A stretch of 52,717 nt of DNA from a virus (Duplodnaviria; Caudoviricetes). The position numbers and the translations under genes were made by a program. This document shows, piece after piece, positions 27,754 through 35,040 of this stretch. Within the stretch, counting starts at the first letter, position 1. Every line of letters begins with the position of its first letter. The DNA lies in IMG/VR virus record IMGVR_UViG_3300035701_000046, positions 1-52,717 of that record; one strand, 5' to 3'. The notes under the pieces are model-generated. The model was given only the letters and a program-made list of their open reading frames with translations. It was not told the DNA's origin and did not search any database.

Positions 27754-28631
27754 TGTTGAAAATTCTGCTAACCAACAATCATCTCTATCGACGGGGCGGG
27801 TCGGAGACCTTCACTTACGCGCTGGCCGAGGAGTTTGCCCGGCGCGGTCATGCCGTCTCTATCTTCACAATCGAGCCAGGGGTTCTCTCTCTACAGATAC
27901 CGGCGACTGTTGTCGAAGAGCCAAAGGGAGATTACGATCTTATCCTTGTCTCTCACAATACCTGTCTCCCGCGAGTAAGCCGATGTGGAGGTCCGAAAGT
28001 CCTCACTTGCCACGGCATATTCCCGTCGCCGGAGCAGCCGACCAAGGGCGCTGATCACTACGTCGGTATCTCTGAGGAAGTTTGCACCCATCTCTCGCGA
28101 AAGGGATATCCGAGTACGCTCATCAGGAATGGGATCAACTGCCGGGAATTCGCTTCTCTCCATCCGATTCGGCAGAAGCTGAAATCTGTCCTCTGCCTGG
28201 CGCAGAGCGACAAAGCTCGTTCGAAAGTCTATCTCGCCTGTAAGAAGCTCGGTCTTGAACTCGCGATGGGCGACAACGAACCCAACGTGGTCCAGTGGAT
28301 GAATCGAGCCGATATCGTTGTTTCTCTGGGCCGAGGAGCCTACGAGGCGATGGCGTGTGGTCGGGCCGTGTTGATCTTCGATGAACGATGGTATATGCCG
28401 AATCCTGGCGTAGGCGACGGGCTTGTTACGCGGGACAACTGGAAGAAACTTGCTGAGTGTAATTTCTCGGGGCGGGCTACGGGGAAAGTCTTCGAAGTAG
28501 AGGACCTTGAGAAAGAGTTCTCCCGTTATGAACCCTCGATGGGAACGGTCAATCGGGAGATCGCGGTTGAGAATTTCAACGTCGAGGGTCAGGTAGACAA
28601 GTATCTGGCCCTTGTTGGTATTCGGGAATGA
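27753..28631 (+). CDS. GT-B fold (GT4-like) glycosyltransferase
   Basis: 'KILLTNNHLYRRGGSET', 'IRNGI', 'ADIVVSLGRGAYEAMACG'. Confidence 0.9.
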   Translation: MLKILLTNNHLYRRGGSETFTYALAEEFARRGHAVSIFTIEPGVLSLQIPATVVEEPKGDYDLILVSHNTCLPRVSRCGGPKVLTCHGIFPSPEQPTKGADHYVGISEEVCTHLSRKGYPSTLIRNGINCREFASLHPIRQKLKSVLCLAQSDKARSKVYLACKKLGLELAMGDNEPNVVQWMNRADIVVSLGRGAYEAMACGRAVLIFDERWYMPNPGVGDGLVTRDNWKKLAECNFSGRATGKVFEVEDLEKEFSRYEPSMGTVNREIAVENFNVEGQVDKYLALVGIRE

Positions 28632-28671
28632 GCTGACCAAGTTCGCGTTGTTGTTGACTGGGGGTGCCTCG

Positions 28672-29439
28672 ATGATTACGACAAAAGGGTCTCATGATAC
28701 GCTCGCCCGAATCGCCGAATTAATGCAATTAGGCCCGAGAATGTATTATCTCCGGCACGGCGGGGATTTCGCGATGATGATGGGCCACAACGATATGATG
28801 CACCACCACAGCCCCGCTTTAGCGAAAGAGATTCTGGAGTCTGTTCAAATAGATCATCCCGAGTGCATTCATTCTATTCCCATTTGCGCCCCTGACGAGC
28901 CGGGGATGGAGCGGATTGGGATTAGCGGTCAAAACCCTCCCAAAGGCCCCTACATTGGGATGATGAACAAAATCGAAGAGACGATGGTGCAGCGAGAATT
29001 TTATCAAGCGAACGCGATGACGTATCTCGCCGCTTGTGATCCGGCTTGTTTGCGCGCTTTCCTGGATCAGCATGTTGTCCGTGCCCCGAAAGTGTTCCTC
29101 GGGTCTCTCCAGCAGGAGCACATGGAGAAGCTGTTCGGGCCGATCAAGCACCACGTCTTGATCCCGCCCTGGGACGCTTACTATAGCATGGACGAATGGT
29201 GGCCGCTTTTCTCGGGAAAGTGTTTGGACCCGGAAGTCACGCTGATCCTAATCGCTGCGGGTTTAGCGGGTCGAGTCGTCGAGAAGAGACTCTGGTACGC
29301 CGGAGTGCATAAACACATCCTTGATATTGGGTCTTGGACGGACGCTTTTGTCGGGAATCAGACCCGTAGCTGGATTCGGACGGCCTACGCGAACAATGCC
29401 TTTCAGGCCGATAAGCTCCTTTATCAGCCGGTAGACTGA
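28672..29439 (+). CDS. putative GT-D fold (DUF1792-like) glycosyltransferase
   Basis: 'YLRHGGD' (cf. RxGDGE), 'ILIAAGLAGRV', 'LDIGS'. Confidence 0.55.
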   Translation: MITTKGSHDTLARIAELMQLGPRMYYLRHGGDFAMMMGHNDMMHHHSPALAKEILESVQIDHPECIHSIPICAPDEPGMERIGISGQNPPKGPYIGMMNKIEETMVQREFYQANAMTYLAACDPACLRAFLDQHVVRAPKVFLGSLQQEHMEKLFGPIKHHVLIPPWDAYYSMDEWWPLFSGKCLDPEVTLILIAAGLAGRVVEKRLWYAGVHKHILDIGSWTDAFVGNQTRSWIRTAYANNAFQADKLLYQPVD

Positions 29440-29440
29440 T

Positions 29441-30148
29441 ATGGCGTTGAAGACGGAAATCGTCATCGTGAAATACAACGTCCCGGACTACGAAGCGAGG
29501 ACGATTGAAGCCGTTGCACGGCATACTCCTGGCCGCTATACGTTGACGGCGTATCAGAATGAAAAGGGTGTCGGACTCGCGAAATGCTGGAATCGGTTGA
29601 TCGCTTGTTCAGACGCTGACTATATCTGTCTCCTGAACTCTGATACGGTCCCGGCGAAGAATTGGCTCGACTTGCTTCTCGAAACGTTCGATCTTCTCCC
29701 GAACGTCGGATGCGTATTCCCTTCGTCGAACAACTGCGCTGTGGGGATGATAAATGTCCCGTTCTCAATCGACGAGAAAAGTCTCGGGGCCATAAATGAT
29801 TTCGCGGTCGGGTTACGGGATCGAGATGGAACCCGGATATCGACCGTCGAGGTGGGTTCGGCGACATGCTTGCTTTTCCCGAGATGGGTGTGGGAAAAAG
29901 CTGGCCGATTCGATGAAGAGTTTTTCCTCTACGGAGAAGATAGTGAGTTCACGCACCGGGTGAGGACTAAACTTGGCTTGAGCCTTTGCTGGCGGCATGC
30001 GGCGTATGTCCATCATTACAAGGCGAAGTCTGTCGGAAAGGCCATAGAAGCATTCGAGTTCGACTACAAAGAAGTTCGCAAGGAGGCAACCAGGCTGTGG
30101 AGAATAAAGACCGGAAAGGACCCGGAGACAGGGCATCAAATCCTGTGA
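29441..30148 (+). CDS. GT2 glycosyltransferase
   Basis: 'IVIVKYN', 'ICLLNSDT', 'GRFDEEFFLYGEDSE'. Confidence 0.92.
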   Translation: MALKTEIVIVKYNVPDYEARTIEAVARHTPGRYTLTAYQNEKGVGLAKCWNRLIACSDADYICLLNSDTVPAKNWLDLLLETFDLLPNVGCVFPSSNNCAVGMINVPFSIDEKSLGAINDFAVGLRDRDGTRISTVEVGSATCLLFPRWVWEKAGRFDEEFFLYGEDSEFTHRVRTKLGLSLCWRHAAYVHHYKAKSVGKAIEAFEFDYKEVRKEATRLWRIKTGKDPETGHQIL

Positions 30149-30459
30149 TTCGACCAGAGCCATTTCGCGAAAGCGTTCAGGAGATTCGGAGAAGAAATAA
30201 AGAGCTTGGAGAATTGGTGGCGGCACTGATCGGGGAATGGAATCGTCTCAAGAGAGCGAACCGACCCCTCGAAGACCCGCTTGTGCTCCTGATCGAGCGT
30301 TCTGCGGCGCGGGATTTTCTCGATTATCAACGTCGCGTTGAGGAGATCGAAGACCGTGGGGGAGATGCTGCTACGTTAGTGTGCGATCGGGAACTCATGG
30401 ACATGATCCAGGAAGAGTTCCCTTGTCTTGAACATCGATCTGAAGGGCTTGTGCATTGA
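30145..30459 (+). CDS. hypothetical protein
   Basis: GTGA/TTGA coupling at both ends. Confidence 0.55.
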   Translation: MIRPEPFRESVQEIRRRNKELGELVAALIGEWNRLKRANRPLEDPLVLLIERSAARDFLDYQRRVEEIEDRGGDAATLVCDRELMDMIQEEFPCLEHRSEGLVH

Positions 30460-31256
30460 AGATTATCGGTATCACACGGGTCAGAAATGAGCAACCGATT
30501 ATTCGTGAAACGCTCGATCACGTTGCAAAGCTCGTTGACGGAATCGTTGTCTATGATGACTGTTCTACCGATCTAACGTCGGCAATCTGTGCTGGACATT
30601 GGGCTGTCAAGAGGGTGATCCGGGGGGAAAGATGGGAAAGCCAGCCGTGGGAGCGTGCGCAAGCAGAGGGAAAACTTCGTCAAATCCCGTATGAAGCTGC
30701 TGTCGAGCTGGGCGCGGATTGGGTCTACTACTTTGACGGGGACGAATTCCTAGAGCCAGCGTTCCCCGGATCTCTAAGTAATCTGATCGAGGAATATCCG
30801 AGCGCGAAGGCTTTTCGTTTCCGGCTCTTCGATTTCTACATTACTCAAGAGGATATCGGCCTTCCGTGGCACCAGCGGCGGTTTATTGGGCCAGAGTATC
30901 GGGATATCTTGATGCTGTTCCGCGTTCATCCCGCGATCATCTTTCTCAACCGAGAGCCAAGTTGCGTTCTTCCGCCTATTCAAGTCGGTGGGGATGTCCG
31001 TCATTATGGCAAAGCGATCTCCGTCTCTCATTGGGAAGAGACGTGCGACTATTACATCAATCACCGTGGCGGCGATCTGCTCCCTCAATTCTCGGTCAAA
31101 TGGAGAAACCGTCGTGGCCGGGCGGTTCATACAGAAAGCGATTTCGGTAATCCACTAATACGATGGGAGGAGCGGGCCGAGAAGGGTTTCCCGCTTCACG
31201 ACCCGCCCGAGCAGTATGCGAAAGAGGTGGCTCTTGAGCGTATCAGGCTGCTGTAA
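30456..31256 (+). CDS. GT2 glycosyltransferase
   Basis: 'TRVRNE', 'VYDDCSTD', 'YFDGDE', 'RHYG'. Confidence 0.9.
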   Translation: MKIIGITRVRNEQPIIRETLDHVAKLVDGIVVYDDCSTDLTSAICAGHWAVKRVIRGERWESQPWERAQAEGKLRQIPYEAAVELGADWVYYFDGDEFLEPAFPGSLSNLIEEYPSAKAFRFRLFDFYITQEDIGLPWHQRRFIGPEYRDILMLFRVHPAIIFLNREPSCVLPPIQVGGDVRHYGKAISVSHWEETCDYYINHRGGDLLPQFSVKWRNRRGRAVHTESDFGNPLIRWEERAEKGFPLHDPPEQYAKEVALERIRLL

Positions 31257-31585
31257 CGCAAGAATGATCGTACCGCACATCCGTTATGCCGGTAGCGAGA
31301 ACAGCATCGTTCACACACCGGTCAATTTCGCTGCTATCGGCGCAAACGATCTCAGAACGACGCGAGAGGTGACCGTGTGCGGGCCTCTCGTTGACAAGAG
31401 AGAGAACAAAGTGATCGCCTCGAAAGCGATCGTATTCGGCTCTGACTTCAAGATGACTCATGACGACCTCCTTTTCCGAAATTGTAGATGCAAGATGGGT
31501 ACCGTGTCGGGATAGGGAATCGTGAGGAACAACCGGGAATCATTGAGGACGTTGTCGTTGCAAAAAGAGGGATTGAGGAGGAAAT

Positions 31586-32899
31586 ATGCCAGTGTCGCCG
31601 TATGTTCTGGAGAGGCTTCAGACCTCGCTTTCGCAGGACCAGTTCGAGAAAGTCTTGGCGGCGACGAAGGTCAGTAAAACGCGGCCCAAGATCACGTTTA
31701 TGGTCAGCCCGCAGCTTAACGCCTGCGACTATTATCGGGGCTACATGATCGCTCGCGAGTTGGAGAAGCACGATCTCTTCGATCTCCAGTTTGTCCACGG
31801 AATCGGGCCGAACGAAGCCTATGACTCGAACCTAATGGTCGTGTACCGGCCCAAAGACCCGTCGCTCATGAACTATACGAACAACCCGGCGGCGCAGAAC
31901 GCATACCTCATGGCGGATTACGACGATGATGTTTTCAGCGTCCCTCGGGCGAATTTCCTGGCACCGAATTTCACGCCGCAAGAGAAGAACTTCTCGATGC
32001 AGATTACGTCCCGCGTCACCCAGTTGACCGTCTCCACGCGGCGGCTCCGTGATGTCCTGAAGTCGAATCAGCCACGGGTTTCCGTGATCCCGAACATGGT
32101 GGATTTCGATGCGTATTCGAAACTCTTGATGCACTTCCCGAAAACGCCGAATCCGCGTTTCCGCGTCGGATGGGCCGGGACCTACACGCACACCGAAGAT
32201 TTGATGGGTGGGGGGCAGGTGTTTCTCAGAGCACTCAGCGAGTTTATGCGAAAGCGTAGAGACGTTGAGATGGTGTTCTTCGGGTTCTGCCCGGAGAATT
32301 TCATGAATGAGCACTGGGGACGAGTCGCATCAATCGACCCGGTGCATCTTTACCAGTATATGTCTCGACTGGCGCAGTTGAATCTTGACCTGATGCTGTA
32401 TCCGCTGATGGATCATCAGTTCAACTACTCCAAGTCGAACATTCGCTGGCTAGAATCAAGCATGATCCATGTCCCGGTGATATCCAGCCCGATTCATAGT
32501 TACCGGGATATTGGCGAAGACCTTTGCATGACGGTGCCGTTGACCTATGAGGCTTGGTTCAATGCCCTGGAGCATGCCTATCTCAATCGTGATGATATGC
32601 GCGCTCGGGCAGAGAAATCACGAGAATGGGCGAGAGCACATTGGTCAATCCAGGCTGGATGGCCAGCCTGGGCGGCGGTCCTTGCGGCGGCAGCGACCGG
32701 CGAATTCGTCGCCCAAGATTTTACACCCCCGCCGTATCCTTCAAAGCAGAAGGGGGACAGTCATGCAACTCGATTGGACGTTTCTGATCAACATGGGAGT
32801 GGGCTTCGTCCTGAAGCACACGAAGATCGGGCCGAAAAAGATCACTTTCCCGAACTGGGCGATCCCCATAGCGAACCTCGTGGGGACGTTTGCGTTTGA
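31586..32899 (+). CDS. GT-B fold glycosyltransferase
   Basis: 'CDYYR', 'DYDDD', 'VIPN', 'VGWAG..HTEDL', 'FNYSKSNIRWLE'; GGAGG SD. Confidence 0.88.
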   Translation: MPVSPYVLERLQTSLSQDQFEKVLAATKVSKTRPKITFMVSPQLNACDYYRGYMIARELEKHDLFDLQFVHGIGPNEAYDSNLMVVYRPKDPSLMNYTNNPAAQNAYLMADYDDDVFSVPRANFLAPNFTPQEKNFSMQITSRVTQLTVSTRRLRDVLKSNQPRVSVIPNMVDFDAYSKLLMHFPKTPNPRFRVGWAGTYTHTEDLMGGGQVFLRALSEFMRKRRDVEMVFFGFCPENFMNEHWGRVASIDPVHLYQYMSRLAQLNLDLMLYPLMDHQFNYSKSNIRWLESSMIHVPVISSPIHSYRDIGEDLCMTVPLTYEAWFNALEHAYLNRDDMRARAEKSREWARAHWSIQAGWPAWAAVLAAAATGEFVAQDFTPPPYPSKQKGDSHATRLDVSDQHGSGLRPEAHEDRAEKDHFPELGDPHSEPRGDVCV

Positions 32900-33026
32900 G
32901 ATTCTTGTGAACGCACAGACCGTCGAAGCTGCAATCGCCAAGGCCCTGACGAACACCCTGGCAGCTACCGGTCTCCATTCCGCGATCAAGAACCCCGTCA
33001 AGGTCGCGACTGGCAAGAATATCTAG
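32763..33026 (+). CDS. putative holin
   Basis: 87 aa, hydrophobic segments, 'PNWAIP', 'AATGLHSAIKN'; GGGGG SD; overlaps GT tail. Confidence 0.7.
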   Translation: MQLDWTFLINMGVGFVLKHTKIGPKKITFPNWAIPIANLVGTFAFEILVNAQTVEAAIAKALTNTLAATGLHSAIKNPVKVATGKNI

Positions 33027-33081
33027 TCCAGATTCCCCGAACAGACTACCAGCGAGTGCTTTCCTCCGGTGAGGGAAGCGC

Positions 33082-35040
33082 ATGAGGACGATTGTCATGG
33101 CAAGTCGTTATGAGATCGTACCGGCGAGTTCTCTCCAAACGAACAAGCTGGACGAAGGTTTCCGCGAACTGACGCGGGGACGCCCGTTCAATCGTGTCAT
33201 CAAGACTTCGGCACAAGGCGGGCAGAGAAGCCTGATGCGGGTCCCAACACAGGGAATGTCGCAGGGGATGCCCCGGTCGTTGCAGAAGTATTCGGCGATG
33301 GCAGGCGGATCGTCGTGGCGGCATACGAGGACCGAGTTCCTGGAGCCGCAGGTCCGCGATCCCTTGCTCTCTGCCAGCAACTTCTATCTGCCGACGGATC
33401 GGGTGATGATGAATGCCTGGATCCGCTACTTCGATCGTTTCCACCCGATTGTCGGGAACGCGATCGACATGCACGCGACGGTGCCGTTCTCGAAGTTCCA
33501 GTTAAAGGACATCGACGACCCTGCCATCCGGCTGTTCTACGAGGACATGACGACCGAGGTCAACCTCTTCCGCCGTATCCTGGAGATCAGCCGCGAGTAC
33601 GAGCTGATCGGCGAAGTCTTCCCGTTTGCGTACTGGGACGACGAGATGAACGCTTTCAGCGAAATCGTCATCCTCAACCCCGATACCGTGGAAGTCATTG
33701 GTATCTACATCGCTGGTGAACGAACCTGGCGCTACGAGCTTGTGCCGGACCCGACCGTTGTGGCTTTCTTGCGGTCGGATAACCCCCTCGATTGGGAGAT
33801 CGTGCAGGAGATCGATCCGGCGATCATCCGGGCCGCACAGACGGATACGAATGCCCCCCTTGACCCGTTCAACCTCTCGCACCTCGCGCGTAAGCAAAGT
33901 CCTTACGATGATCGCGGGGTCAGCATCATCATGGGCTGTCTCAAGGACCTGCTCTACGAGGAGCAGCTTTTGGAAGCTCAGTATGCGATCACCGGGGGTA
34001 TCGTCCGCCCTCGTGAAATCTGGAAGCTCGGTATCCCCGGCGAGTACATGCCGACCGATGAGGACCTCATGGACCTCAGAAATTTGCTCGCCGCTTCCGA
34101 GTTCGACCCCAACTTCGCTCTGATCAGTCACCACGGCCTCACCGTGGAATTCGTCGGCGCAGACCGGCGGATCCTGCCGATCATCCCCGAACGGCAGCAG
34201 ATTGAGGACCGTCTTCTTACCCGCCTCTACACGAACAAGGCCATCACACACGGGGAAGGCCCAACCTACGCGAATGCCTCGGTGGCGATGCAATTTATCG
34301 CTGCGCGATACGCGACGAAACGTGACTACATCACCGAGTGGATTCGAGACAAGGTCTTCCTGCCGACCTCGTTGGCCAATGAGTTCTACCACCCGCTTGC
34401 CCCCCACATGACCTCCGGCCAAGGGCCGTGGATGAGGACCTCGGGGCAACGCGAGCTTGTCATCCCCGATTTCCAGTGGCTTTCCCTCGTCGATCTCACC
34501 GACAAGGGCCAGAAACTTCAGTACGCGATGCAGCTTGCAACGCAGGCGCGTCTGCCGATGAAGACGATCCTCGATCTTCTCCAGATCGATTCGAGCGAGG
34601 TCGAGTTCTGGCTTGAAGAAGAAGAAGGGACCCGACTCGACGCGATTTACCAGTCTACCCGGAAGATGGTCCAGGAAGCCCGAGCGCGGGTTGAGGAAAC
34701 GAAGAAACTCGCTCCCGGCGCTCCGGGTGCTGGTGGACAACAGCCTGGCGGAGCCGGTGGGGAAAAGAACACTCCCGAGGGGATCGCTGATGATCTCCGG
34801 CAGAAGTCTGAGAAGGACGAAAAGGCCCAGGAAAAAGTGCCCCCCCCGGTCAAACCGGCAGCGGAGCAGGCTCAACCGACGGAGCCAAAGACAGAGCCAG
34901 CGGTGCGCCAGGGCGCAGTGGTGTTCGGCCCTTTCGATCTGAAGCCAGGGGAGAACATCTTTGCCGGTGCGGAAACCCTGGAAGGCTCTCTCTTGGACAT
35001 ATTCCGCATGGGGCCGCCCGACAAACCGCCCAAGACCTAG
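33082..35040 (+). CDS. portal protein
   Basis: 652 aa; 'HPIVGNAID', 'IGEVF', 'ILNPD', 'PYDDRGVSI', 'TYANASVA'; disordered C-tail; followed by MuF. Confidence 0.85.
   Translation: MRTIVMASRYEIVPASSLQTNKLDEGFRELTRGRPFNRVIKTSAQGGQRSLMRVPTQGMSQGMPRSLQKYSAMAGGSSWRHTRTEFLEPQVRDPLLSASNFYLPTDRVMMNAWIRYFDRFHPIVGNAIDMHATVPFSKFQLKDIDDPAIRLFYEDMTTEVNLFRRILEISREYELIGEVFPFAYWDDEMNAFSEIVILNPDTVEVIGIYIAGERTWRYELVPDPTVVAFLRSDNPLDWEIVQEIDPAIIRAAQTDTNAPLDPFNLSHLARKQSPYDDRGVSIIMGCLKDLLYEEQLLEAQYAITGGIVRPREIWKLGIPGEYMPTDEDLMDLRNLLAASEFDPNFALISHHGLTVEFVGADRRILPIIPERQQIEDRLLTRLYTNKAITHGEGPTYANASVAMQFIAARYATKRDYITEWIRDKVFLPTSLANEFYHPLAPHMTSGQGPWMRTSGQRELVIPDFQWLSLVDLTDKGQKLQYAMQLATQARLPMKTILDLLQIDSSEVEFWLEEEEGTRLDAIYQSTRKMVQEARARVEETKKLAPGAPGAGGQQPGGAGGEKNTPEGIADDLRQKSEKDEKAQEKVPPPVKPAAEQAQPTEPKTEPAVRQGAVVFGPFDLKPGENIFAGAETLEGSLLDIFRMGPPDKPPKT

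Noticed and set aside
33502-34875. 457-aa antisense ORF over portal
   Set aside because: No recognisable motifs; typical antisense shadow of GC-rich coding DNA
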